This document shows positions 18,807 through 28,399 of a DNA stretch of 64,000 nt, in pieces. The stretch spans positions 672,001-736,000 of the forward strand of contig OY843768.1 in the NCBI GenBank assembly GCA_963693095.2, given 5' to 3'. Origin of the DNA: Cenarchaeum sp. GTDB lineage: Archaea > Thermoproteota > Nitrososphaeria > Nitrososphaerales > Nitrosopumilaceae. A program made the translations under genes and the position numbers. Numbering within the stretch: position 1 is the first letter of the stretch; every line of letters starts with the position of its first letter. The notes beneath the pieces were generated by a model. It was not told the origin of the DNA and did not search any database. It saw nothing but the letters and a program-made list of their open reading frames with translations.

Positions 18807-19939
18807 GAGACTCTCATCGCGTGGCATGCCCTGCGGACCTCGTCGAGGGCATCGCCGAGCTCGTCCGCATCAGGCCATGCCGTCACGGAGAGGCGGATTC
18901 TAGCCGAGCCTAGGGCAACGGTGGGATGGCGAACCGCGTGCGCAAAGATGCCGCGCTCATCAAGCCGTTCCCCGAGGCGAACCGCCTTGCGCTCATCGCC
19001 AACTATGATAGGCGCAATGTGCGTGCGTACGCCTTCCCTGCCGAGTCCCATCGAGTCAATGCACGAGTGCAGGAGGCGCGTGTTGCGCGCTAGCCTCTGG
19101 CGCCTTGCGGCCTTTGGCTCGGCGACCCTGGCACGGGCGTGCGCGATGACCTGCGGCGGGAGCGCTGATGTGTAGATAAGCGGCCTTGCGCGGTTTGCGC
19201 ACAGCTCCACCGTGCGAGGACCGGCAGCGACATATCCGCCAAGTGAGCCGATGGCCTTGCTGAGGCTGCCCGTGTGCACGTCGATGCGGCCCTGAACCCC
19301 TAGCATGCTTGCCGTCCCGCCACCGCGACTGCCCAGGACAAAGTCGCCATGCGCGTCATCTAGGACGCTTATTGCGCCGTGCTGTGCCGCAACTTTTGCA
19401 ATGCCCCGAATGTCAGCAACGTCGCCGTCCATGCTAAAGACGCCTTCAGTCACGATGATCCTTGCCCCTGCGGGCCGCCGAAGCTCCCTCTCCAGGGCGC
19501 CGACGTCATTGTGCGTATAGACTGCCGTGCGCGCACCGGAGAGCCTGCACGCGTCTATGACGCTTGCGTGGTTTAGCTCGTCAGAGACTACGACATCGCC
19601 CTTTTTTGCAAGCGCGCACACGGCGCCAATGTTGGCCATGTATCCTGTCGGAAAGACGAGCGAGGCGGCCTGCGAGCGGTGCGAGGCCAGCGACCTCTCC
19701 AGTGGCGCGTATCCGGCGGCGTTTCCGGAGAGGAGCCTTGATGAGGATGCGGCCTGCTCCCAGCGCGCCGCGCCGCCAGACGAGAGGCCCAGATAGTCAT
19801 TGGAGGAGAGGTTTAGGAGGCGCCTTTTGCCGATGAGCACGTGCGACCCGTCGGCCCTTGCCGTGCGAAGCCTGCGCAGCAGGCCCTGGGAGCGAATGCG
19901 GGACAGCTCGCCGGAGGCGAGGGACTCACTTGGCCTCAA
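18803..19939 (-). CDS. bioF: 8-amino-7-oxononanoate synthase
   Basis: SSNDYLGL, GYMAN, DELNHASVID, VFSMDGD, DDAHG and GSLSKAIG. Confidence 0.92.
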   Translation of the reverse strand: MRPSESLASGELSRIRSQGLLRRLRTARADGSHVLIGKRRLLNLSSNDYLGLSSGGAARWEQAASSSRLLSGNAAGYAPLERSLASHRSQAASLVFPTGYMANIGAVCALAKKGDVVVSDELNHASVIDACRLSGARTAVYTHNDVGALERELRRPAGARIIVTEGVFSMDGDVADIRGIAKVAAQHGAISVLDDAHGDFVLGSRGGGTASMLGVQGRIDVHTGSLSKAIGSLGGYVAAGPRTVELCANRARPLIYTSALPPQVIAHARARVAEPKAARRQRLARNTRLLHSCIDSMGLGREGVRTHIAPIIVGDERKAVRLGERLDERGIFAHAVRHPTVALGSARIRLSVTAWPDADELGDALDEVRRACHAMRVS

Positions 19940-20897
19940 GGCCGATGCGCCTGATCATCGCTGCGTCCTCCTCGGCACGCCGTCCGCCAGTGGTCAGGTA
20001 TCCGGCAGTTATTATCGCGTTGGCGCCCCCGCGCAATATGGACTCACCGGCGTCATCCAGCGCCTTTTCGCGTCCGCCTGAAACCCTCACTGTCGCGTGG
20101 GGGACGAGAAAGCGCATTAGCGCAAAGGTGCGCTCGGCCTCGCCGTCCGGAAGCGGCTCCTGGAGCTCAAGCGGGGTGCCGGGCATGGGCGTGAGGATGT
20201 TTATCGTGACCTCCTCGGGTGCCACTGATGCGATATCCAGGGCGAGCTCTAGCCTCTGGGCGCGCGTCTCGCCCATTCCTATTATCCCGCCCGTGCACAC
20301 GCCGAGGCCTGCCTCGCGCGCGACGTGCAGCGTGTCCATGCGGTCATCATACGTGTGCGTGGTGCATATCTCGGGAAACTTTGAGCGCGCCGTCTCGAGG
20401 TTGTGGTTGTACTTTGCGACGCCAAGTGACTTTAGGCGGCGTGCCCTGGCCGGAGTCAGGAACCCCAGGCTGCAGTCGACGTCGATTCCGACGGTTTGGT
20501 TGATCTCCTCGATGATCCTGCAGACGCGTTCAAAGTCACCAGGCGGCGGCTCGCGCCAGGCCGCAACAAGGCAGTACGATGACGCCCCGTCATCGCGTGC
20601 GCGACGCGCCTGTGCGACAATCTCCTCGCTAGGCGCCAGCGTGTGCGTGCCAATTCCCGTGTCGTACAATGCCGACTGGGCGCAGAACGTGCAGTCCTCC
20701 GAGCACGCGTTTTTCTTGATGTTGGCAAGCTCTTCGACCTCGACTTGGGGGCCGTGGAGTTCACGCGTTATCCGATCGGCCTCGCGCATGAGGCCTGCAA
20801 TGTCGCCATAGGCTGCCAGCATGCCCGCCTCGTCAGCCGTGATCGGATCGCCGCACACGACCCTGGTGGCCATCGCGCGCAGCCAGTTGCCGTCCAT
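19926..20897 (-). CDS. bioB: Biotin synthase (radical SAM)
   Basis: CSEDCTFCAQS, YNHNLETA, CTGGIIGMGET and GYLTTGG. Start chosen from a TATA-like box at about 20920. Confidence 0.95.
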   Translation of the reverse strand: MDGNWLRAMATRVVCGDPITADEAGMLAAYGDIAGLMREADRITRELHGPQVEVEELANIKKNACSEDCTFCAQSALYDTGIGTHTLAPSEEIVAQARRARDDGASSYCLVAAWREPPPGDFERVCRIIEEINQTVGIDVDCSLGFLTPARARRLKSLGVAKYNHNLETARSKFPEICTTHTYDDRMDTLHVAREAGLGVCTGGIIGMGETRAQRLELALDIASVAPEEVTINILTPMPGTPLELQEPLPDGEAERTFALMRFLVPHATVRVSGGREKALDDAGESILRGGANAIITAGYLTTGGRRAEEDAAMIRRIGLEAK

Positions 20898-21059
20898 CAC
20901 CGGCCACTCCACATGGCGCATTAATAAAACTGGCGAGGCGTGCTGCCGACATGGCGTTTGTGGACACCTTGGCAGCTTGCTGGCTGGGGACATGTTGGCA
21001 GCAGACGGGGTCACATTGTGCCTTCATGTGGCTCAACCGCACATGTTCTAGGGATGGTG

Positions 21060-21518
21060 TTATGTGAACGACAAAATGCCCGCATTCGGGAGTTCCATAA
21101 ACTTGACCACTGCCGTCATGGTCATTATGTAGCCGAACAGCAGCATTGATGTGATGATGAGGTTTTTGTTCTCCCGGTGTTTTTTCTTTAGCACTATGGT
21201 GTTGTGGCGTATTGCTCCTTTGTATGCTTGTTCGCGATAACTATGTACGTGATATTCCGCGTCTGATTTCATACTGCCAATATCATGAACCGTGAGATCT
21301 GCACCTCCGAGCTTTACAGGCTTGTCTGCTAGCATTTTTACGCCTATTCTCATTGGGTATGCAACAGCAAACGCCAATGCCAAAACAAAGATGTATGGGC
21401 TGCCTATGTTGTTAAACGCATAGGCAAACAGCATCACTGCCACAAACGAGAGGAATATTGACGCCTTTATGTCTAAATGCTGGCACAGAATTGCCAAAAG
21501 CACGTTGTGCTGTTGCAT
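21060..21518 (-). CDS. Hypothetical membrane protein (about 3 TM), AT-rich accessory gene
   Basis: Hydrophobic segments at both ends; composition differs from the flanking bio genes. Confidence 0.6.
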   Translation of the reverse strand: MQQHNVLLAILCQHLDIKASIFLSFVAVMLFAYAFNNIGSPYIFVLALAFAVAYPMRIGVKMLADKPVKLGGADLTVHDIGSMKSDAEYHVHSYREQAYKGAIRHNTIVLKKKHRENKNLIITSMLLFGYIMTMTAVVKFMELPNAGILSFT

Positions 21519-21540
21519 GATCGATATGCGGCCAATCCTG

Positions 21541-21789
21541 TCACTCGTCATCCTTGTCCACGTCCTTCTTATGGCAGTCGCACCCTTCAAACTTACACCG
21601 CTCGGGCTCAATATTGTCAAAGTCCACCCGGCCGCCAAACTCCATGACGCCATGAACTATGCCGACGCGGCCTCCGAGTATCCACTGGGTGTTCGCCTCC
21701 CTGTCCTCCCTGTTTATCCTGTCCGCCTCCTCTTCGGTCGGGCCTAGCAAGGCAATCTTCCTGAACAGGCGGTATAGCCGATCGCGCAT
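21541..21789 (-). CDS. 82-aa hypothetical protein, copy 1 (constant N-terminus, variable Cys-containing C-terminus)
   Basis: MRDRLYRLF...VME-FGGRVDFDNIEPERCKFEGCDCHKKDVDKDDE; TATA-like box about 25 nt upstream. Confidence 0.75.
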   Translation of the reverse strand: MRDRLYRLFRKIALLGPTEEEADRINREDREANTQWILGGRVGIVHGVMEFGGRVDFDNIEPERCKFEGCDCHKKDVDKDDE

Positions 21790-21906
21790 GGGGCAGGCCG
21801 GACGCGTCGCCCTATATATTAAAATCGTCGATATGGCGCACTTTTTGCGCATGGCGCAGCGTCACGCGCGCCGTGCTGCTGCATGACAGGCACGTGGCCA
21901 ATCCTG

Positions 21907-22155
21907 TCACTCGTCAACCTCTTTCACGTCCATTTTCCGGCAGCCGCACCCCTCAAAAGTACACACAAAGGGCTTCACCCTGCTAAAGTCCACCCGGTAG
22001 CCATACTCCATGACGCCATGAACTATACCGACGCGGCCTCCGAGTATCCACTGGGTGTTGGCCTCCCTGTCCTCCCTGTTTATCCTGTCCGCCTCCTCCT
22101 CGGTCGGGCCCAACAGGGCAATCTTCCTGAACAGGCGGTATAGCCGATCGCGCAT
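21907..22155 (-). CDS. 82-aa hypothetical protein, copy 2
   Basis: Same 50-aa N-terminus, then YGYRVDFSRVKPFVCTFEGCGCRKMDVKEVDE; only synonymous changes in the N-terminal part. Confidence 0.75.
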   Translation of the reverse strand: MRDRLYRLFRKIALLGPTEEEADRINREDREANTQWILGGRVGIVHGVMEYGYRVDFSRVKPFVCTFEGCGCRKMDVKEVDE

Positions 22156-22203
22156 GGGGCAGGCCGGACGTGTTGCCCCATATATGCAAATCGCCGTTCT
22201 GAT

Positions 22204-23613
22204 CTATTTCTTGCGCACGGTGTGCCCTTGTGGGCGTCGGCGCGCGCCATGGTCCGGCGATGCCGAAGAGCCGGCCATCCTGCGTGCGGCGGCGACTATG
22301 GTCTCGGCGGCGGCCTCGCAGAGAGTGTCGAGCTGTGCGGCCGGCATTGCCAGTGGCGGGACGATCATGACAATGTTGCCAAGCGTGCGCAGGTATATGC
22401 CGCGCCTCCTTCCCTCCTCGTAGACGATGCGGTTTATCGAGCGGTTTGGCGTGGGCGCCCTTTTCGTGCGCTCGTCCCGGACCAGCTCGACTCCCATTAC
22501 CATGCCGCGATGCCTGACGTCACCGACCATTGGCAGCGTGGCCATCCTGTCGGCAAACGAGCCCAGTACGCGTGATGTCTTGCGTATGCGATCAAGCAGG
22601 CGGTGCCGCCTGTACAGGCGAATGTTTTCGAGCGCAACGGCGGCGGCAATGGGGTTTCCGGTGTACGTGTGGCCATGAAACAGGTGGCGTCCCTCGGCAT
22701 ACTCGCCGAGAAACGAGTCGTGGACCCTGCGTGTCGCAAGCGTTGCGCCAAGCGTCACATATCCGCCGGTGAGCATCTTGCCAAATGACACAATGTCAGG
22801 CCTAGAGCCCTGCGCGGTGTACTCGGCCATCGATCCAAGGCGGCCAAACCCCGTGGCAACCTCGTCGAGCACTAGGAGCGCGCCATGCCTGCGGCATGCC
22901 CTTGCGATCCCGCGCTGGTATCCGCGCGGGTATATGCGCACGCCTCCGGCCATCTGCGCGCCGCTCTCCATGACTAGCGCGGCGACATCCCCGCGCGCGA
23001 GCCGGCGCTCGGCGGCCTCGACGCACTGTGATGCGTCATCGTCCGGATCGCATGAGCGGTGGTACGCGTCAGGTGCCGCAACGCGCGAGACGCCAAAGAG
23101 GTGTCCCTTGAAGCGTGAAAAGAACTGTGCCGAGTACCCGATCGACATTGCGCCAAACGTGTCCCCGTGGTATCCGCCCTCGAGTGCCACGATCGCCGAC
23201 CTGGCGCGCTCGCCGGCGTTCTGCCAGTGCTGAAGGGCAATCTTTGTGGCGACCTCCATCGCCGTCGAGCCATTGTCCGAATAGAACACGTGGGACATTC
23301 CTGGCGCGATGCTGACAAGCTCCTCGGCGAGTCGTTCGGCCGGCCCGTGCGTCAGGTTGAAGAGCGGCGAGTGGGCAAGCGTGGCGGCCTGGCGCGACAT
23401 TGCGCGCACTAGCTCGCGGCGCGAGTGGCCCCACACATTGCACCACATTGACGCTACCCCGTCAAGCAGGCGCGTCCCGTCAGCGCAGACGAGGCTCATC
23501 CCGTCCCCGCGGACTATCTCATCAAAGGCGGCCCACTCGCGCATCTGCGTGTTTGGGTGCCACACGCGGCTGCGCGCCGCTCTTCCCTGGGCAGGCCTGC
23601 CGGTGTTCGCCAC
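22204..23613 (-). CDS. bioA: Adenosylmethionine-8-amino-7-oxononanoate aminotransferase
   Basis: VWHPNTQM, YSDNGSTAMEVA, GYHGDT, DEVATGFGRLG, GKMLTGG and HGHTYTGNP. Confidence 0.95.
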   Translation of the reverse strand: MANTGRPAQGRAARSRVWHPNTQMREWAAFDEIVRGDGMSLVCADGTRLLDGVASMWCNVWGHSRRELVRAMSRQAATLAHSPLFNLTHGPAERLAEELVSIAPGMSHVFYSDNGSTAMEVATKIALQHWQNAGERARSAIVALEGGYHGDTFGAMSIGYSAQFFSRFKGHLFGVSRVAAPDAYHRSCDPDDDASQCVEAAERRLARGDVAALVMESGAQMAGGVRIYPRGYQRGIARACRRHGALLVLDEVATGFGRLGSMAEYTAQGSRPDIVSFGKMLTGGYVTLGATLATRRVHDSFLGEYAEGRHLFHGHTYTGNPIAAAVALENIRLYRRHRLLDRIRKTSRVLGSFADRMATLPMVGDVRHRGMVMGVELVRDERTKRAPTPNRSINRIVYEEGRRRGIYLRTLGNIVMIVPPLAMPAAQLDTLCEAAAETIVAAARRMAGSSASPDHGARRRPQGHTVRKK

Positions 23614-23736
23614 GGCAGTGCGCGCCCGCACATAGGACGTATAAAGCAATGGTGAGCATGTGAATTTTCGGTGCACATTTGGTCAGCACTGTGCGCATTG
23701 CTACCTCTATATGGCGAGCGCGCCTGCGCTTCGGGC

Positions 23737-24306
23737 ATGCCGACCAGGACAGTCGATGGCGCCGTGCGCCCGAGGCGCGCATCCCCTGGGCAGGTTCACG
23801 CGGCATCGAGGGCGCGCCGGCAGCGCGGCTATAGCTGGGAGGGCACGATATCGCGCCGCTTTAATGCGCTAGAGGACTGGAGCGCATACCGCCTCGGCTC
23901 GCCTAGCACGTCGCTGCCTGACGTTCTGGCCCTAAACCCGTCTGAGAGCTCGGCATATATCATGGAGGCAAAGTCCGGCACGACCAACCGCCTGGTCGTG
24001 CCTGTCGACCAGGTCGAGCGCTGCGTCGATTGGGCACACGTTCTCGGACCATACCAGAAGCGGAGGGTGGTCCTGGCATTCAAGTTCCTCTCAAAGAAGC
24101 GCATTGCGCGCGGCGAGTACGGCGGAAGGGAGCTGCGCGAGTACTATAAGGAGTGGGATTCTGCTGCCAGGCCAGTCGAGTGCGTGTGCCATTATGACGG
24201 CTCGACGTACGGCCGCGATGGCGGCGTGCGCGTGGATCTTGACCTGCCTGACTGTGACGTGCCCATAGCGCGCAAGAGGCGCAGGCGTGCCCCACAAGGT
24301 ATTTAG
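23737..24306 (+). CDS. Hjc-like PD-(D/E)XK nuclease / resolvase
   Basis: RGYSWE...RLGSP..SLPDVLA...IMEAKS motif. Start uncertain. Confidence 0.75.
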   Translation: MPTRTVDGAVRPRRASPGQVHAASRARRQRGYSWEGTISRRFNALEDWSAYRLGSPSTSLPDVLALNPSESSAYIMEAKSGTTNRLVVPVDQVERCVDWAHVLGPYQKRRVVLAFKFLSKKRIARGEYGGRELREYYKEWDSAARPVECVCHYDGSTYGRDGGVRVDLDLPDCDVPIARKRRRRAPQGI

Positions 24307-24315
24307 CAAACGCGC

Positions 24316-24894
24316 ATGAGCGCGCGAACCATGGGAGACGGGAAGAGCACTGGAAGCCTGGGCAGGCTGCGCTCAATTCTGGGTCGCAGTAACGCAAAGT
24401 CACCGCCTGCCGAGGAGACCCTGCAGGCCAGCGAGCCGGCCGCACCGCATGATGATGAGAGTGCTGCCGAGCCTGCCGTCGACAGCGCGGTCCGGTCCAT
24501 CCTTGATGATGGCACGTCGCACGCCGAGCGCAATGCCGAGTTTGAGGAGTTTCTTGACGAGCGTGTGCTAGTTAGCCGCGATGCGCTAGGAAAAAAGGAG
24601 ATGAAGGTAAAGGTCATCGAGGTGACTGACGAGCACCCGCCCTCAAAGTGGAAGCTCGGCGATCGCGTAAAGGCCCGCCGCATACTAGTCACAATAAAGC
24701 ACCTAGAGTCCATGAAGGTCGAGGAGGCAGAGTTTGACATCGAGGCCATCGAGGCCGAGCTTGCCGAAAAGCGCCACTATACGTCATCGAACCGCTGGAT
24801 ACCGACATCTGACATCAAGAACGGCTATGTCCTAAAGACAAGGCACATGGCCCTGATCAGTGACGCCCTGGCCCTAGACTATATCGCCTTCTAG
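24316..24894 (+). CDS. Hypothetical protein
   Basis: 192-aa ORF, host-like codon usage, directly downstream of the resolvase gene. Confidence 0.75.
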   Translation: MSARTMGDGKSTGSLGRLRSILGRSNAKSPPAEETLQASEPAAPHDDESAAEPAVDSAVRSILDDGTSHAERNAEFEEFLDERVLVSRDALGKKEMKVKVIEVTDEHPPSKWKLGDRVKARRILVTIKHLESMKVEEAEFDIEAIEAELAEKRHYTSSNRWIPTSDIKNGYVLKTRHMALISDALALDYIAF

Positions 24895-24997
24895 GGGAGA
24901 CGCCGATCCTGCGATCACCGGCGCAACGCGGCACGTCAGGCACACGCCGGGCCACGCATGAAAAGGGTTTTAAGGCAAGATTTTTGCGCGTGGGCCG

Positions 24998-25297
24998 TTG
25001 ATCACAAAGCAGATCATAGTCAATGGAAACACCTACAAGGTCATCCTGACTGACCAGGTCATAAGCTATGTCAACTCGCTCAAAAAGCTCTACGAGAACA
25101 CCGTGTACGAGGATCCCGAGACGTTTGAGCAGATGAGCTCCGAGATCTCGGCGACGGTCGGCGAGATAGCCACGGCGATCGACCCGCCGGCCGACGAGGG
25201 CGACCTCGACGGAATAATCCAGGAGATAATCAGGTCAGTTGACAGCAGGGCCGCCGAGATGGAGCAGCAGCTCTCAAAGAGCAAGTCCTCGCGCTAG
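24998..25297 (+). CDS. Hypothetical acidic protein
   Basis: 99-aa ORF; TTTTAA box about 25 nt upstream. Confidence 0.75.
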   Translation: MITKQIIVNGNTYKVILTDQVISYVNSLKKLYENTVYEDPETFEQMSSEISATVGEIATAIDPPADEGDLDGIIQEIIRSVDSRAAEMEQQLSKSKSSR

Positions 25298-25352
25298 GAC
25301 ACGCGTGCGCCGCGGCAACAAGTTATAACCCTCTGCGACTGCCATTCGCACG

Positions 25353-25481
25353 ATGAGCAGGGGATGTGAGTGCGGGATATGCGGGCACTTTTCAGAGGAC
25401 GAGTGCCTCGAAAAGGAGTGCAAGTGCTGCTCCAACTTTCACGTGAGGTCAGGACCGCGCCAGGTTGCGCCACCGGCCTAG
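25353..25481 (+). CDS. 42-aa Cys-rich metal-binding (metallothionein-like) peptide
   Basis: MSRGCECGICGHFSEDECLEKECKCCSNFHVRSGPRQVAPPA; TTATAA at 25323-25328. Confidence 0.65.
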   Translation: MSRGCECGICGHFSEDECLEKECKCCSNFHVRSGPRQVAPPA

Positions 25482-25568
25482 TCCCTGTGGGCACAGCCGC
25501 ACCGCCTTGCCGCATGGCGATGGCACCCAATGATCCAGTGATCGGCGCATCCGCACAGGATGCATCTT

Positions 25569-25940
25569 TTAGCCATCGGCAACATCCCTCAGCATCTCCA
25601 TAAATCCCTTGTCCTCAAGTGACTCGGCAATCTTTAGCGCAATGGCGCGCGTGCGCGCAGGATCGCCGGCATACGTCTCGGCGATGAGGCCCAGCTCCCT
25701 AGAGAACGAGTATCCCGAGGTGTACCTGCCCGCGTGCGCACGAAGCGAGCTCGCCGTGTCCCCAGTGCTCTTGTCTGCTGCAAGCGTGTCGAGCAATGCG
25801 GCCATTGCCGCACAGATGCGATCCCACTCTGCGGCCACGCCGCGCACGCCTGCCTTTGCATAGTTCATGCCAAGGAGCGCGTCGTGCGCCCGCACGGCGT
25901 CGGCGGCTGCGGCAACTGTGCCCTCGCCAATGACAGACAT
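25569..25940 (-). CDS. Hypothetical protein
   Basis: ORF starting MSVIGEG with host-like codon usage and a TTTATA-like box upstream. Confidence 0.65.
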   Translation of the reverse strand: MSVIGEGTVAAAADAVRAHDALLGMNYAKAGVRGVAAEWDRICAAMAALLDTLAADKSTGDTASSLRAHAGRYTSGYSFSRELGLIAETYAGDPARTRAIALKIAESLEDKGFMEMLRDVADG

Positions 25941-26021
25941 CGCCGCAACGTCATCCTGATGCCCTATAAAGTCTGGTGCCCACGAACTCTTTAAATTGTC
26001 GTCCCTGGAGCGTGCGCCTCG

Positions 26022-27359
26022 ATGTCGCAAGGCGCACGGTTAAGGTGCATTGACGGCGCCTGTGCGCTCGAGTATCCGATCAACACAGTGGGCGTGAGCT
26101 GCGAGAACGGTCACCTCCTTGATGTCGTGTATGACAGCACGCCCCCAAAGTCCCTAAAGGAGTCGTTTCTGCACCGGCGCGATCATGGGGGGAGCATATT
26201 CAACGAGAGCGGCGTGTGGAGGTTTCGCGAGCTGATCAACTTTTGCCAGATAGACACCGAGGACGATGCGGCGTGCGCGCACGCGCTCGTCTCCCTTGAC
26301 GGGGCCGAGGGCAGGCAGTCGCGCCCGTACCGCATGTCCAGGGCAGCCGAGTTTGCGCGCATGGATTCTGAACGCCTACTCCTGCAGCCAGAGGGGTACA
26401 ACCCGAGCGGCTCATTCAAGGACAACGGCATGGCCACGGCCGTCACGCACGCAAGGATGGTCGGCGCATCAAAGATCGTCTGCGCGTCGACTGGAAACAC
26501 GTCTGCATCGGCAGGCATGTTTGCGGCCAATGAGGGGATGGAGTGTGACGTGTACATACCCCGCGGCAAGATCGCGCCGGGCAAGCTCGGGCAGGCATAC
26601 CAGTTTGGCGCGCAGATTGTTGAGGTCGACGGCAACTTTGATGATGCGCTGCGCGGCTCACTAGAGGCTGTGAGTGACGGCAGTGGATACACCGTAAACT
26701 CGATCAACCCGTTTCGCATAGAGGGCCAAAAGACAATACCGTACAGGGTACTTGAGCATCTGGGGTGGGAGGCACCCGACTGGATCGTCTATCCCGGAGG
26801 CGCACTTGGCAACACGTCAAGCTGCGGCAAGGCGCTCCATGAGCTTCGCTCGTGGGGATGGATAAAAAAGATGCCGCGAATTGCCGTGATCAACGCAGAG
26901 GGCGCTAGCACGCTGTCTGACATGTATAACGGGGCAAACGGCGAGGAGGAGCTACGATGGAACTCTGGCAGGCCAAACATGGGAATCATAGAGCGGCACT
27001 ATGCCGCACTCGACGCGTCCGGCAGTGTGCCGAAAACCCGCGCCACTGCAATACAGATAGGGCGTCCGGCAAACCTGCTAAAGGCCCTGAGGGCACTTGA
27101 GCTTAGCGACGGGCACGTCACCACGGTCAGCGACGCCGAGATGCTCGATGGCATGTCAGTAGTCGGCCTTAACGGGTTTGACTGTGAGATGGCATCTGGC
27201 GCGTCGATCGCCGGAATTCGCAAGCTTGTCAACGAGGGCATAATGCGCCGCGATGACACCGTCATAGGCATACTCACCGGAAGGCAAAAGGATCCAACCA
27301 TGCCAGTAGAGTACCACGCAGACCCCGCAAACCGGTTTGCGCGGCCACCGCGCGCATGA
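26022..27359 (+). CDS. thrC: Threonine synthase
   Basis: NPSGSFKDNG PLP lysine, CASTGNTSAS, NSINPFRIEGQKT and ATAIQIGRP. Confidence 0.93.
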   Translation: MSQGARLRCIDGACALEYPINTVGVSCENGHLLDVVYDSTPPKSLKESFLHRRDHGGSIFNESGVWRFRELINFCQIDTEDDAACAHALVSLDGAEGRQSRPYRMSRAAEFARMDSERLLLQPEGYNPSGSFKDNGMATAVTHARMVGASKIVCASTGNTSASAGMFAANEGMECDVYIPRGKIAPGKLGQAYQFGAQIVEVDGNFDDALRGSLEAVSDGSGYTVNSINPFRIEGQKTIPYRVLEHLGWEAPDWIVYPGGALGNTSSCGKALHELRSWGWIKKMPRIAVINAEGASTLSDMYNGANGEEELRWNSGRPNMGIIERHYAALDASGSVPKTRATAIQIGRPANLLKALRALELSDGHVTTVSDAEMLDGMSVVGLNGFDCEMASGASIAGIRKLVNEGIMRRDDTVIGILTGRQKDPTMPVEYHADPANRFARPPRA

Positions 27360-27415
27360 TGCCGCAGACGGGCCGCTCGCCAACGCTAAATAGCGGCAAT
27401 ATGCGCAAATCTCGC

Positions 27416-28384
27416 ATGGCCAAGCCCACCGTAGTCGAGCTCTTTGCCGGCGCAGGCGGCATGGCCCTGGGCCTCCACAGGGCCGGCTTTGAGACCGTCT
27501 CGCTAGTCGAGAACGACAAGGACTGCGTGGCGACGCTAAGGATGAACCGCCCACGCTGGAACGTCATCGGAGACGACATTGCAGATGTGAAGTTTAGGGG
27601 GGTGCGCGCTGACGTCGTGACAGGCGGGTTTCCGTGCCAGCCGTTCAGCCATGCGGGAAACAAGCTCGGGTTTGGGGACGTTCGCGGGACGCTGTTCTAC
27701 GAGTTTGCCAGGGCAGTAAAGCAGATCAGGCCGCGCGCATTTCTTGCCGAGAACGTCGAGGCGATCACGCGCAATGACGGCGGCAGGACGCTTGAGACCA
27801 TACTGCGCATCCTAGACTCCCTCGGGTATGACGTCAGGTACCAGACGCTCAACGCGCTGGACTATCGCGTGCCGCAAAAGCGCAAGAGGGTCATATTTGT
27901 CGGCGTGCGGCGCGGGATGGCCTTTGAGTTCCCGCGTCCGCATGGCGGGGTAATCACGCTTCGCGAGGCGCTTCGCAAAACCCCGCGATCGGCGGGAACG
28001 ACCTACTCGGAGAGGCGCAAAAAGATACTCGACAGGGTTCCGCCCGGCGGCTCATGGGTTAACCTGCCCAAAAGGCTCCAAAGGGTGTACCTTGGCAAGA
28101 GCATAAACTCCGAGGGCGGAAAGCGCGGGATGGCCAGGCGCCTGTCCTGGGACGAGCCGTGCCTGACACTCACGTGCTCGCCGTGCCAAAAGATGACGGA
28201 CAGGATTCATCCTGATGAGACGCGCCCGTTCACCATCAGGGAGTATGCGCGCATCCAGACATTTCCGGACACATGGAAGTTTGAGGGCAGCGTGTCATCA
28301 CAGTACCGGCAGATAGGCAACGCGGTTCCGGTAAAGCTCGCCGTTGCGCTTGGCCGCTCCATGCGCAAGGCACTTGAGCTGTAG
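27416..28384 (+). CDS. C5-cytosine DNA methyltransferase (M.Eco47II/Sau96I-like)
   Basis: ELFAGAGG, GGFPCQPFS, ENV, QKRKRV, ARIQTFPD and QIGNAVP motifs. Confidence 0.95.
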   Translation: MAKPTVVELFAGAGGMALGLHRAGFETVSLVENDKDCVATLRMNRPRWNVIGDDIADVKFRGVRADVVTGGFPCQPFSHAGNKLGFGDVRGTLFYEFARAVKQIRPRAFLAENVEAITRNDGGRTLETILRILDSLGYDVRYQTLNALDYRVPQKRKRVIFVGVRRGMAFEFPRPHGGVITLREALRKTPRSAGTTYSERRKKILDRVPPGGSWVNLPKRLQRVYLGKSINSEGGKRGMARRLSWDEPCLTLTCSPCQKMTDRIHPDETRPFTIREYARIQTFPDTWKFEGSVSSQYRQIGNAVPVKLAVALGRSMRKALEL

Positions 28385-28399
28385 GGCAGGAACACAACA

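Larger units (their letters stand above)
21507..22222. repeat. Tandem duplication, 366-bp period
   Basis: 21541-21789 aligns without gaps to 21907-22155; similarity extends into both flanks. Outer limits approximate. Confidence 0.9.

Noticed and set aside
21541-22155. DGR template/variable repeat pair
   Set aside because: Mismatches are not confined to adenines of either copy, several fall at third codon positions, and no reverse transcriptase is present in the window. A remote DGR is not formally excluded.
25298-25481. Stop-codon readthrough from the 24998 ORF into the Cys-rich peptide
   Set aside because: The peptide is in a different frame and has its own ATG and TATA box.
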